A DNA stretch of 64,000 nt from a virus, in the IMG/VR virus record IMGVR_UViG_3300028030_000009, positions 13,082 through 77,081 of that record. One strand, 5' to 3'. How positions within the stretch are numbered: the stretch's first letter is position 1; each line of letters begins with the position of its first letter. Shown piece by piece: positions 8,310-18,184 of this stretch. A model generated the notes under the pieces. That model searched no databases and was not told the DNA's origin. It worked only from the letters and a program-made list of their open reading frames with translations. Both the position numbers and the translations under genes were made by a program.

Positions 8310-9355
8310 TCATTTTCTCACCTCCTTGTGTTCTTTGTATTCAATTATCTTAGTGGTCATGAAGCCACGTCCATTCTTAACCCAGTTGTGGGCCTGTTTT
8401 CCGCTCCACGCCCAGAAGTCAGCCCACTCTTCATCACGAACGCCAAGAGACATATATAGCCTCTTGACGCCACCGGATATCTCTCCTTCTGGGCTTACTC
8501 CTTTGGGAATTGAGTGTAATACCCCTCGATGTCCTCCTTGATTACACTTTCTTCATCCTCTAGGTATGAATCTGGTTCAACATCAAAGCTGATTTTCATG
8601 TGCTCAATGAACTCTTCAAAATCTTCTTCGTTCAAGCCAAGCGAGACAAGCCTATTTTTTACCTGTGTCATCTTGTCACCAACATCGTCCTTTTGCAAGG
8701 CAGTATTCTCGCTGCTCTTGCTCTGAGACAAATCTTCGGTTACGTCGAAAGGGGGCTCTTCGCCGACCTCCTCATCAGTAGAAACATCTTCTTTTTCGCT
8801 CATTCCAACAGCATTCGCAACGCACGAACCAGCGTCGATGACATCTTCTTGTTCATTATGCTCCTCCTGATTTGCCATTGGCTTCTCTGGCTTAGTCAAG
8901 TGTTCCTCCTCACAAGAACTACTTTCCGACTGAGTGTCAACCTCTTTGTCTTCTTTTTTTTCGTTGGCGGCTTCGCTCTTGTTCTTTCGCTTTCTTCGAA
9001 CAGGCTTTTTGCCTTCGGCAACAATAATCTCTTTTGCATCGTCAAGTGTCATTGGAACATACTCGCTAATAGTTCCGTTCTTGATTGCTTCCTCGGCTTC
9101 AGCCTTATCGACAACGACTGGGTCTCCAAAAGCTTTGGCCAGCACAAACTTGACTTCCCCTGAAATAAGCTTGTCGTACCATTTTGGAAGGCTTTTGCAT
9201 ACCCATCCTTCTTCCATCAGGTCTTTCATTTCCATAGGCTTTTTTGACTTCTTGTTTACGACGGCACCGTTAAGTAGTACGAACTCTGATTTTCCGTGAA
9301 TAAGAATATCGCATTCTCCAGCAATAAGTTTTTCTACAGCGCTAAGCTTTGTCAT
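8310..9355 (-). CDS. Hypothetical protein, 286 aa (8495-9355), with a predicted -1 frameshift extension to 348 aa (ends 8310)
   Basis: Start MTKLSAV; C CCA AAG at 8501-8507 before TAA; the -1 frame is open for 63 codons and repeats the C-terminal domain. Confidence 0.75.
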
Positions 9356-9822
9356 CTTTTCCCCTTTTCTGTTATTTTTTTGTTTTTGTTGCAAATGCAA
9401 TCGCTAGGCTTTGCGTCTGCGCATATTTGCGCACTGCATATATATCTTACAAGCCTATTTGCAAACCTAAGAGAGCCGAAATTGTCTGACGTGTTCCACA
9501 TCATATTTTTCAGCTCGACCATATGCCTCTTGCTTGCGTTTGTCTCTTCAAACTCACACCCGTAAACTGTAAGCATTGTAAGAAGAACCACACCTACGTT
9601 TATGTTGTCAATTGCAATACCTGCTTCGGCAGATGCAAACTTGATTGCTTCTTTGGCAAAAGCAACACACTGCGTTGGCTCACCCACAGACGAATTCACC
9701 TCTTCAAGAACATCTTTTTTAAGAGCCTTGAACAGCGCCTTCTTCACTCTTTTGGCACTTCCATCTGGAGCGTTTATCGCATCAACAAGCATAAACGCAG
9801 CCGCAGACATCATGAACTTCAT
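9352..9822 (-). CDS. Hypothetical protein
   Basis: ORF; ATGA overlap with the next gene. Confidence 0.75.
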   Translation of the reverse strand: MKFMMSAAAFMLVDAINAPDGSAKRVKKALFKALKKDVLEEVNSSVGEPTQCVAFAKEAIKFASAEAGIAIDNINVGVVLLTMLTVYGCEFEETNASKRHMVELKNMMWNTSDNFGSLRFANRLVRYICSAQICADAKPSDCICNKNKKITEKGKR

Positions 9823-9824
9823 GG

Positions 9825-10283
9825 TTAAAACGGAATTTCTTCTTCGTCTATATCGATTTCTGGATACTCAGGCTCGGCTGGCTGCTGGCTCTGTTGTTGC
9901 TGCTGTGGTTGGCTGCGTCCTCCATAGCCAGAGCTGCCACCTGTGCCACCGGAAGAATCTTTGCATGAAAGCATCTTGAACTCAGACACAACAATTGTGT
10001 GCTTTGAGCGCTTTGTGCCATCGTTTGCAGTCCATTGGTCCTGATTTAGTCTACCAGAAATAAGAATCCGTGACCCCTTGCTGAGGTATTGGTTTGCTAC
10101 CTCTGCGTTTCTTCCAAAAAACGTAATGTCAATGAATGTAGTTTCCTCCTTCTGTGTACCAGTGTTGTCTTTCCACTTTCTAGTCATGGCAATTGCTGAG
10201 TTTCCGATTGCGGTTCCGCTTGGTGTGTACTTGATTTCTACATCTCTTGTTAGATTTCCCATACCTATGAATTGGTTGAACAT
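9825..10283 (-). CDS. ssb: Single-stranded DNA-binding protein
   Basis: MFNQFIGMGNLTRDVE OB fold; Gly/Gln linker; acidic tip DIDEEEIPF. Confidence 0.97.
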   Translation of the reverse strand: MFNQFIGMGNLTRDVEIKYTPSGTAIGNSAIAMTRKWKDNTGTQKEETTFIDITFFGRNAEVANQYLSKGSRILISGRLNQDQWTANDGTKRSKHTIVVSEFKMLSCKDSSGGTGGSSGYGGRSQPQQQQQSQQPAEPEYPEIDIDEEEIPF

Positions 10284-10344
10284 ATTATTTTACCTCCTTA
10301 GTTGGATTGAGAGTATACCATATTTTACCTACGATAGGCAAACT

Positions 10345-10602
10345 TTACGGCAATTTCTCAATTTTTTTCACGTCATCTTTTTCGAATTGGTTGTCCGACG
10401 TTGCAATGATTGCATCATCACCTATTTCCCCATTTGCCCATTTGGTTGCCGTATCAAAGTCCTTAAATAAGTAAAAACTAACCCCCTTATAATTGTATTC
10501 CGCTGGGCCTCCAGGCCAAATCTCTTCAACCGTAATATTTGGCCGAATATACAAAACCTTCAGCTCATCAGTCTTCGTAGAAGTCGAACAGTGTTGCATC
10601 AC
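10345..10602 (-). CDS. Hypothetical protein
   Basis: ORF track; start uncertain. Confidence 0.55.
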   Translation of the reverse strand: MMQHCSTSTKTDELKVLYIRPNITVEEIWPGGPAEYNYKGVSFYLFKDFDTATKWANGEIGDDAIIATSDNQFEKDDVKKIEKLP

Positions 10603-10966
10603 CTTCTCCTTTTTTGCATTTTGATATTACAAGCTTTGCCTCTTTACTTTTCGCCCCATGCTGCAGAACAGCAGCGTAGAACTCTCGCTGGCATTTGTCG
10701 GAAAACTTTACCGCAACTTCTCGTATTGTCTTTATGCCAACAAGCTTCTTCTCAAGGCACAATTCCTTAACGACAGGAGTCTCATTTATTGCGATATCCT
10801 CAAGGTCCTCAAGGATATCCTTTACGCTCCTGATTCCCCTTGTTACGACCATCTTAAACAAGATAGCCTTCCATTCTGGCGGGACAAGTAGTCCATTTAT
10901 GTCTGCAGCAATCCTTTGCAGTCGAAGCTGTTCGTGGTGCAGCTCCCTATTAAGATTATCTTCCAT
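10568..10966 (-). CDS. Hypothetical protein
   Basis: RBS AAGGAGG. Confidence 0.75.
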   Translation of the reverse strand: MEDNLNRELHHEQLRLQRIAADINGLLVPPEWKAILFKMVVTRGIRSVKDILEDLEDIAINETPVVKELCLEKKLVGIKTIREVAVKFSDKCQREFYAAVLQHGAKSKEAKLVISKCKKGEGDATLFDFYED

Positions 10967-10980
10967 TGTTGTTCCTCCTT

Positions 10981-12579
10981 TTACAATAATTGGTGTTTTG
11001 CCGATTGTCTCTTTATTGCATGGATTACTGCACGCTTTACAAAGCTGGAGTTTTCCATTGCAAGTAGCACGTCTCCACGAACTCCACCGATTCTGCTTCT
11101 ATCAATCCCGTGCTTGCGGGTAAACTCAAGCGTCCCTGGCATACAGTTTCCACTCTCTACGCTATCGTCTATTCCAACGAATACGTGTGAAGCTCTTCGC
11201 ATAAGCGCAGACTCTTCCTTTTTTTGCTTAGCCCGATTCTCAAGCTTCTTCTTGATTGTGTCGTAAAAGTCCTTAGGGCTTGACGAAAGTAGTTCTGCAA
11301 GCTCGAAGTGATATTCTTCATCTTCGCATTTTACCGCAAACCTCTCTGCCGACAACGTTCCAAGGACAGGCGTTCTAACTAGCGAGCATCCGTCCTCCTC
11401 TGCCAGCTTTTTGATTATCTGCAGGTGCTTATATCTTCCAAAGATAACCAAGCTTTCGTCAGTATTGTCATAAATCAGTTTTTCAACAGCGTCCCTAACG
11501 GCATCCTCTGCGTCAATTGTGTACGACTCTATATTGTCCGCTATTGCCCGTTCAAGCTCATAAGAATCTTCGAACATTTTCCGCAAGGCCAACGGAGCTC
11601 CATTTTCTGCATCAAAGGCATACCTTTCTGTCTCTCCAGCCACATCAAGAGAGTTTTTCGTGTCAATCAGAATCTCAACAGCTTTTTCTTGGGCCTTCTT
11701 GTCCTCAATGATATAGTAGATATAGATAGGGTCTTCCTCTATTTCCCTCTCCCCGTCATCGTCGTATACCCACGAGATATATACCTCTTCCATTATGACG
11801 CTAAAGCCGACATACCAGTCCTTGCCTTTTCTTGCATAAATAGCGAGTCTCTCTTCGGTGTCGATGCTTTTGATTTCATCAATCATACAGTCAACGCCGC
11901 CAAGCTGCCAGAAATCATCAAGCACGCTCTCTGTTGCATTATAGACTCTGCCATCAACATATTCGGTGAACTCGCACGATTCATTAGTAACAAGTGAGTC
12001 GCCATAGAACAGATGATAGTCTCCGTCCCACTCGTTCTTGAAATACCCTGTACATTCCGGGTCGTCATAATCAGAATCCAATACATCCAACAGGCGCATC
12101 TGATTTCCTGCGGCTGTCTCCGCAAAGTGCATTGCATCAACAATCATCTCCTGCTGGCCGTCGAAATCTGTATCATACTCTCCGAAATCAAACTCTCCGA
12201 GATACTGAGGGACGCCACGAAAAGAAATATCATACAACTTATCAATGATTTCGTAAATCTTTTCTTCTGAGTCAAACTTGCCCAAAGAAGTTTCAAAGCT
12301 GTCGTATCCAAAATCATAGCTCTTGATTTTTTCGTCTTCCTCTACTGTCATAGAAGATACATACACATCTTTTCCGAGCCTATATGATGCCAGGAATTTC
12401 TTTATTCTATCTACAGCCTCTTCAGAATAGTCGTCCTCCTTGTGGTACTCGCTTTTTACTCTGAAATATGCCGGATAGATATCCTTGGTAGCGTATAGGT
12501 CAACAGCCTTATCGTTTCCATTGTCACGAACAACAAACACCTCACCAAGATTTGAAATCTTTACCTCTCTATCAGTCAT
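10981..12579 (-). CDS. Large acidic hypothetical protein (532 aa)
   Basis: Start MTDREVK with RBS GGAGG; C-terminal DSVESGNCMPGT motif. Confidence 0.85.
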   Translation of the reverse strand: MTDREVKISNLGEVFVVRDNGNDKAVDLYATKDIYPAYFRVKSEYHKEDDYSEEAVDRIKKFLASYRLGKDVYVSSMTVEEDEKIKSYDFGYDSFETSLGKFDSEEKIYEIIDKLYDISFRGVPQYLGEFDFGEYDTDFDGQQEMIVDAMHFAETAAGNQMRLLDVLDSDYDDPECTGYFKNEWDGDYHLFYGDSLVTNESCEFTEYVDGRVYNATESVLDDFWQLGGVDCMIDEIKSIDTEERLAIYARKGKDWYVGFSVIMEEVYISWVYDDDGEREIEEDPIYIYYIIEDKKAQEKAVEILIDTKNSLDVAGETERYAFDAENGAPLALRKMFEDSYELERAIADNIESYTIDAEDAVRDAVEKLIYDNTDESLVIFGRYKHLQIIKKLAEEDGCSLVRTPVLGTLSAERFAVKCEDEEYHFELAELLSSSPKDFYDTIKKKLENRAKQKKEESALMRRASHVFVGIDDSVESGNCMPGTLEFTRKHGIDRSRIGGVRGDVLLAMENSSFVKRAVIHAIKRQSAKHQLL

Positions 12580-13042
12580 TTTCTCCTCCGCAATCAATAT
12601 CGTCAGGCAGAAGCTCTTTGGCTTCTTCACAGCTAATGCCAAATGTTTTTACTACTTTGTGTTCGACATCGATAAACCCATTTTCCTTCAGCCTCTTAAC
12701 AACCTTATCAATATGGTGTTTTGCTGCCTCTGGAAATACCAAAGAAATCTTTTGGTCGGTAAGCTTGTTGACTCCGTCCTGCTTTACAAGCTTTGCCTCT
12801 TCCATGATATAGACAAGATTGCTCTCGTCATCAACCCAATAGATATCTTCATCAAACGCATCTCTTGTAGAAAAGCTGTTTGCCAGATTTGCGATATGCT
12901 TAATACCGCTATCTCCATATCCGAATCGCCTAATGTTTACGAGTATCCCATCTTCTCCGATGTGCATCATTCCATTCAGCCATCTCCCGTAGTAGTCATA
13001 CGAATCCTCAACCAAAATATACATTACAAATCCTCCATGCAT
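12572..13042 (-). CDS. Hypothetical protein
   Basis: ORF in operon. Confidence 0.7.
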   Translation of the reverse strand: MHGGFVMYILVEDSYDYYGRWLNGMMHIGEDGILVNIRRFGYGDSGIKHIANLANSFSTRDAFDEDIYWVDDESNLVYIMEEAKLVKQDGVNKLTDQKISLVFPEAAKHHIDKVVKRLKENGFIDVEHKVVKTFGISCEEAKELLPDDIDCGGEND

Positions 13043-13518
13043 GCTTCTTCGTCAGTTATGTTCTTAAACTTTGCAGCACAATCAGTGCATAGCACCTCGC
13101 CCTTCAGTCCAGAATCTTCGATTATTTTCTCACGACCCGCTGAAATATCCGATGTTTTTACAAACGCTGATGTAATCTTTCTGCATAGGCTACATTGTGC
13201 CTCATTTGTGTTGTCATCAGCTGGATTGACAACCGGATATGTGAGGCTTGGAACATCACTCCAGTCAACAAGAGCAAGGTCTGTATACCCAACAACATTT
13301 TCAAGATGTTTCAAAAGCGAGCCATGGCAATCAATTGCCGATTTTGTTGGGATTGTCTTGTCTCTGACAAACTCCCATGACGCAGCACTATGTTGCCCGA
13401 CAAACTCATATGCCGTGATAAAGCTAGAGCTTTCGTCATATTTGTCGTCAACAAAAATCGCCATAACATCACCCTTCAGCGGCTCCTCAATGTTTCTCAC
13501 AAATAGCACACGTGTCAT
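13024..13518 (-). CDS. Hypothetical protein with a C-terminal CxxC...CxxC zinc finger
   Basis: CSLC...CTDC; RBS AAGGAG. Confidence 0.75.
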   Translation of the reverse strand: MTRVLFVRNIEEPLKGDVMAIFVDDKYDESSSFITAYEFVGQHSAASWEFVRDKTIPTKSAIDCHGSLLKHLENVVGYTDLALVDWSDVPSLTYPVVNPADDNTNEAQCSLCRKITSAFVKTSDISAGREKIIEDSGLKGEVLCTDCAAKFKNITDEEACMEDL

Positions 13519-14366
13519 TCTTTCTCCTTGTTTTTCAGTTTGTATGTTTTTCTGATTACCTCTTTGCCTTTTCCCTTCCAGTAAGGGTCTATCCATTTCG
13601 GCTTATGTATGCCTTCTTTGGAATACCACTGGTTTCTCCAGTGTCCTCGCACAATCCACGCCTTCGAATAATTTTTGGATTGCCCTTCTATAATTTCCGT
13701 ATTTTCCGTATGTGCTTCCATAGAGAGGGTAATGATTCTCTCTACATGCTTTGGTATTGCACGCTTTTTAGACGCCTTAACTCTTCGTGTCTTCTCGACG
13801 ATTCGGCTCCTGTCGTTTTTGAACAGTGAGATGTACATGATTGCCGATAGGACTTTGTAGTACAATGCGTTCATTTCAGGATTTTTTACATTGGCTGTTG
13901 CATCGCCAAATGTCTTTGCTTCATAACTCGTATAGATAGTGTGGAGGCCGTCTTGCTCTTTCACGCACACAACGATGCCGTCATTAGGAATAACACCTTC
14001 TCTCTTCGCCTCTTCTGCCCAGTCTCCACGAAAGTCTCTAAGACGACCAACGAGCACTGTCTTGTTGTCTATGCTCATACTGAACGCTCTAAACGGCAGC
14101 TTAATGTCAGATGGCTTTAGCTTCTCGATTGTTTTTGCTGAGATGTCGCTACCCCAGTCTTCCTCATTTGCAATAACAAGTACATTCCCGCTCTTCTCAA
14201 TAAGCGTTATTAGCTTTGCTGCTACAATGAGTGAGAAAATGTAGGCGGCTGAATCACCAAGCATGCTTTCGGCTACCGCGCTCATATCAGACACCGCCAT
14301 TTCCTCGTCCATGCGGAACACGTTAAGCAAGGGAGCCGGTACGATTTTGTACATCGGATTAGCCAT
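13515..14366 (-). CDS. Conserved phage protein with a VRGHWRNQWY...WIDPYWKG C-terminal motif
   Basis: Motif common in phage hypothetical proteins. Confidence 0.8.
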   Translation of the reverse strand: MANPMYKIVPAPLLNVFRMDEEMAVSDMSAVAESMLGDSAAYIFSLIVAAKLITLIEKSGNVLVIANEEDWGSDISAKTIEKLKPSDIKLPFRAFSMSIDNKTVLVGRLRDFRGDWAEEAKREGVIPNDGIVVCVKEQDGLHTIYTSYEAKTFGDATANVKNPEMNALYYKVLSAIMYISLFKNDRSRIVEKTRRVKASKKRAIPKHVERIITLSMEAHTENTEIIEGQSKNYSKAWIVRGHWRNQWYSKEGIHKPKWIDPYWKGKGKEVIRKTYKLKNKEKE

Positions 14367-14622
14367 CGCCGCCTACCTTTACGCGCTCAAGCATGCCATC
14401 CGTTTCTTTGTTGACAAACTCAATCAGCTCCTCGCGAGATGCGAACAGAAGGCTCTCTTTTCTTTCGTAACCCATATCGTCGTCATCCACGACATAGTAA
14501 CTTATGCTTGGGCGACCATCCTTGATGTTTATGTTCACGGATTCCACTCTTACCACATCATACCCATAGGCGGTAATTGTGATAACAACATCGCCTGTGT
14601 TGTATTTTGTTTCTATTTTCAT
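14359..14622 (-). CDS. Hypothetical protein (IETKYNxGDxV family)
   Basis: Overlapping start/stop in operon. Confidence 0.75.
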   Translation of the reverse strand: MKIETKYNTGDVVITITAYGYDVVRVESVNINIKDGRPSISYYVVDDDDMGYERKESLLFASREELIEFVNKETDGMLERVKVGGDG

Positions 14623-15095
14623 TACTTTCCCCCTATTCTTGAAAGTCGAATGTCCTCGGCTACACGCCTCGTGACACCTAACACATAATTAAGGTCTGCC
14701 GGGTTGATTTGAATGTCTTCTATCATCCCTCGAAACTCATTAAAGTACCGATGCCGCCGACCGGAATCACTGCCAAGCCAATTCGCGAACATAATAGCAG
14801 AGTCCATAAGAAGATTTTCAAGCCCATGCTTATCTATGAATGCGTTGACAGAGCCTCCTCCATGATGAACCCAGTAATGTTCCTTGGAGCTAATGCAGCA
14901 CACGAAATAGTCATTATGCCTAATTCTGCTCTTTGGTAGCCAGTGATGAACCTCCTCTCCTCCGTTAAACGGCATCCACTCATTATGAAGCCAAGCAATG
15001 TAGTCTTTTATTATCAAGGTGCCCTTCTTCATCTCCTTGTTTTTTATTCTTTTTTCTTTTGCTCTTTCGAGCCTTAGCCTAATATCATTGTCCAT
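14622..15095 (-). CDS. Possible HNH-like (His-Me finger) protein
   Basis: EVHHW...NDYFVCC...EHYWVH pattern. Confidence 0.45.
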   Translation of the reverse strand: MDNDIRLRLERAKEKRIKNKEMKKGTLIIKDYIAWLHNEWMPFNGGEEVHHWLPKSRIRHNDYFVCCISSKEHYWVHHGGGSVNAFIDKHGLENLLMDSAIMFANWLGSDSGRRHRYFNEFRGMIEDIQINPADLNYVLGVTRRVAEDIRLSRIGGK

Positions 15096-15483
15096 CTGCC
15101 GTCCTAATCCATATAAGTGTGTTGACTCTCTCTATAACTGAGCGCACAAAATCTGCATGTTGGTTCTTTATCGGTCTTCCGTCAACCTTTCTTCCAACAT
15201 CTGTCGATGCTTCAGTTTCATAGTACATAGAGAGGGCAGCACGGATAACTCTCAGCTCTTCAACTCCGACATCGAGAGTATTCTTCCCAAAAACATCAGA
15301 GTGCACAGTTGCCTCAATCTCTCTTGCAAGGCTGTCTCCAACAACTTTTGCAATATCTATTGACGATGCAGTCGCCTCCTGTTGACTGATAGCCCTTTCT
15401 GCCTTAACACAATAAGAGGCGGATACTATATCGAACACGCCGTCTTTTTTGTGATGCAGAACTACTTTATCACGCACAGACAT
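15085..15483 (-). CDS. Hypothetical protein
   Basis: ORF in operon. Confidence 0.7.
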   Translation of the reverse strand: MSVRDKVVLHHKKDGVFDIVSASYCVKAERAISQQEATASSIDIAKVVGDSLAREIEATVHSDVFGKNTLDVGVEELRVIRAALSMYYETEASTDVGRKVDGRPIKNQHADFVRSVIERVNTLIWIRTADGQ

Positions 15484-15694
15484 CTTTCGCATCCTCAAAC
15501 TTTTTCTTTAGCCACGCGTATTGGCTAGAATCATAGTCTTCGCAGCTAATCTCTCCGCTATCGACAAGGTCTACTGGCTCCTCTTCTTCGTACAGGACTG
15601 GCCCTGAGCATTCGTCATCTGCACCTTCTTCAACCTCAACAATTCTATATACCCTATAAACTCTTTCTTCCCACGAAACAACAACCTTTTTCAT
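15470..15694 (-). CDS. Small acidic hypothetical protein
   Basis: RBS GGAGG; ATGA overlap. Confidence 0.7.
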   Translation of the reverse strand: MKKVVVSWEERVYRVYRIVEVEEGADDECSGPVLYEEEEPVDLVDSGEISCEDYDSSQYAWLKKKFEDAKDVCA

Positions 15695-15990
15695 TGAAAA
15701 CCTCCAGAATAACGCTCTTCAATTTCCTCAAGCAACCTGTCGTCGCTATACCCAATAGTCACCCTATCTGCCCCCCAGTACCCTCTCACAAAATCTTTAT
15801 CAACAAAGATGTTTGGCCCTCCAAATGAGCACAGGACCTCAAAGTCAACAACATCTCCATAAGAGGGCGAGAAACATACCTTTTCCACAGAAAGTTGCTG
15901 GTCTAACCATTCCTGGATATCGGTCTCTTCGTTTTCTAGCTCATCAGCGATTGACTCACACATTCGCTTTAATTCCTCTTTTGTGTCCAT
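15691..15990 (-). CDS. Conserved phage protein (FGGPNI...GYWG)
   Basis: Motif plus RBS AAGGAGG. Confidence 0.75.
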   Translation of the reverse strand: MDTKEELKRMCESIADELENEETDIQEWLDQQLSVEKVCFSPSYGDVVDFEVLCSFGGPNIFVDKDFVRGYWGADRVTIGYSDDRLLEEIEERYSGGFQ

Positions 15991-16003
15991 TATGTCGTCC
16001 TCC

Positions 16004-16198
16004 TTAGGCATCAAAATATTCTTGGCAAGACTGGACGAGCTCCTCGTCACCGCTTTCTGTATTGTATATGTCTACTGACACACCAATGTCGTTGTGTTTT
16101 ACGACAATCCGAATATTCCCAGAAGAGATAAGAATTGAATCGTCCTCTTCTGTGGAAACGTCAAGCACGCAAAGTTCCTTGTCTTCTTTTACAACCAT
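16004..16198 (-). CDS. Small hypothetical protein
   Basis: RBS AAGGAG. Confidence 0.7.
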   Translation of the reverse strand: MVVKEDKELCVLDVSTEEDDSILISSGNIRIVVKHNDIGVSVDIYNTESGDEELVQSCQEYFDA

Positions 16199-16209
16199 TT
16201 CATTCTCCT

Positions 16210-16476
16210 TTATTCAATTACATGATTAAAAGTAAACACACAGCCGTCCTCATCTGTTGTCAACAAGCACATGTGCAAACTATCAAATCCTAGCCTTCCA
16301 ACATCAATTTCTGTTTTGATGTATTTCAGGCACTCTTCACATATGTCCTCAATGACTGTCCAGGAGCCAATCTCATCGCGTATATACTGTGATGCTTTCT
16401 CGGATACACTAAAGATTGCTCCGTCAGTCTCATCTCTTCCACACTCATCCATATCGCATACCCTAATACAACTCAT
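16210..16476 (-). CDS. Small Cys-containing hypothetical protein
   Basis: RBS AAGGA. Confidence 0.7.
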   Translation of the reverse strand: MSCIRVCDMDECGRDETDGAIFSVSEKASQYIRDEIGSWTVIEDICEECLKYIKTEIDVGRLGFDSLHMCLLTTDEDGCVFTFNHVIE

Positions 16477-16496
16477 GCTTTATCCTTTCCGCATTA

Positions 16497-16764
16497 TCAA
16501 TCTTCGCAATACATGATTACGTAGTCAAGAGGTGTTGGGTCTCCTTTTAGGTTCAGGCTATTCCAAACCTCAACCATATTCTCAACATCCTCCACCGCAA
16601 AAATAAGTTCCTCTCCATAATCCTCGCCGTCATCACCAATCTTAATGTATGATGAGTATGGGCCCTTTTTTTGACGACAAGAACTCCTTCAATTCGTTCC
16701 ACTCAAGTCCTGTAAGGCTATAATCAACAAACTCCACAAGACTTCCTATTTTTTTATCACTCAT
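16497..16764 (-). pseudogene. Small acidic gene split by a 1-nt frameshift in an A7 run
   Basis: MSDKKIGSL...SSKK frame stops at 16642; removing one A at 16666-16672 gives a continuous ...KGPYSSYIKIGDDGEDYGEEL...YCED*. Confidence 0.5.
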
Positions 16765-16816
16765 GACTTCTGCCGTTGTGTTTTTGTTTGTTATAATTCT
16801 AAAAAAAAGGATATTT

Positions 16817-17818
16817 ATGCGACATATCGAAAAAAGGGCCTCAGGGTTGCTGATGTCTGGTCTCGCCGCAGGGCTTGTCCATGGTACACAAAATGCCGCC
16901 CTCCTAAGAAAGCTGCATAACAACACGCTTCACGAAACGGTGCTAAAGACGCTAAGGAATAGAGCCTCTGGCGCAAATGCAAATGTCCTTGATGGAGTAA
17001 AAAACTCGCTGATTCCAGAAATCGGTGTACTTGCCGACCACACATATTCAGAGGGTAATCGCATTAGAAATATGAGAAACAGGGACAGAGTTATTGCAGT
17101 CAACATGCTAAAAGGGAACCTCTCAAGAGTTCTTGGTAGTAAAAATATTAGAAAAAGGGCTATCGGGCTGCTAAAACAAAACCCAAAAACAAAAGACTAT
17201 GCAGATATGGTTTCAAGCCTTGAGCGGCTCGGGCTGCTTGACGATAAGAAATCACTGCATGCGCTTGAAAAACTATACAAAAGCGACCCACTCACAAGAA
17301 ACATTGCAAAGCTTACTGATGCAGTAAGTGGAAAACACATTCAAACACTAGCAAAAGGGTCTCCGACAACAAAAAAAGAGGGAGCTGGCGAGATAGCTGG
17401 AAACCTATTGTTTGCAGCCGCCGAACCTGTTGCTGCTGGCATGAATGTTACCAAAAGACTAATTGCCGACCATGAATCTGGAAAAAGTTTCGGCCCTGCA
17501 ATATACAACCTTCTGAACAAAGCGCGCGAAGGAAGCAATTCTATCTTCATTAAGAAGCCAGTTAAAAAATCGTTTCTCGCAGGCTTAGGTGGCAAATACC
17601 AAAAGGGAGCAGTTGCAAAGAACAACGCATTAAAAATTAGCGGCAACGCCATCCTTGCCTCTGGCGCTGATTTTGCAGGTAAAGTCGGGCGGCTCGCAAG
17701 AGAAGAGGCCGCAAGAATAGGTGGAGCCAGCGGCCTAAAAGCAGTTGATGTTGCCGCAGCAGCTGCAGAGGCTGCTGAAAAGAAAAAGAAACGTTCGCTT
17801 TTCAAAAGAAAGTCGTAA
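16817..17818 (+). CDS. Basic Ala/Gly-rich probable virion protein; solitary + strand gene
   Basis: TGTTATAAT 16789-16797; RBS AAGGA; MRHIEKRASGLL... Confidence 0.8.
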   Translation: MRHIEKRASGLLMSGLAAGLVHGTQNAALLRKLHNNTLHETVLKTLRNRASGANANVLDGVKNSLIPEIGVLADHTYSEGNRIRNMRNRDRVIAVNMLKGNLSRVLGSKNIRKRAIGLLKQNPKTKDYADMVSSLERLGLLDDKKSLHALEKLYKSDPLTRNIAKLTDAVSGKHIQTLAKGSPTTKKEGAGEIAGNLLFAAAEPVAAGMNVTKRLIADHESGKSFGPAIYNLLNKAREGSNSIFIKKPVKKSFLAGLGGKYQKGAVAKNNALKISGNAILASGADFAGKVGRLAREEAARIGGASGLKAVDVAAAAAEAAEKKKKRSLFKRKS

Positions 17819-18184
17819 TTAAACATTCTCAACAACAAAAGATGCGCCTTTAAAAAGGTCCCTGAATTTTGAGTCAAGCTTTAGCTTCTCAATCACTTTG
17901 TCAACGAGTGCCTTCATCCACGGCCTCGTGGCATCAACACTTTCTGCACTAAGTGTTAGGACGCCATTGTTGTCATTAACCTTCACCCCTTTTATGACGA
18001 CTTCGTCACTTTTTGTTTCTCCGTTAAGAGTTAAATCAATAGTCATATCTGACACTACGCCATTCTTCTTTCCAAGTTTCACACTGTTAATCGTAACAAT
18101 GTCTCCGTATGCGCCGTTGACATACTCTCGAATAAAGCCTTCCACAAATCTGTCTTTAACTCCACCAAGAATTTTATTTAGCAT
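17819..18184 (-). CDS. Hypothetical protein
   Basis: Start MLNKILGG, RBS AAGGAGG. Confidence 0.75.
   Translation of the reverse strand: MLNKILGGVKDRFVEGFIREYVNGAYGDIVTINSVKLGKKNGVVSDMTIDLTLNGETKSDEVVIKGVKVNDNNGVLTLSAESVDATRPWMKALVDKVIEKLKLDSKFRDLFKGASFVVENV

Noticed and set aside
8229-8313. Separate gene after the strong RBS AAGGAGGTG at ~8320
   Set aside because: The ATG is followed by AGC TGA (2 codons). The adjacent open frame would need TGA read-through, for which there is no support.
12485-13555. Long + strand ORF (356 aa) and many similar antisense ORFs in the track
   Set aside because: These are shadow frames opposite well-supported minus-strand genes; they lack RBSs and have atypical S/F-rich composition.
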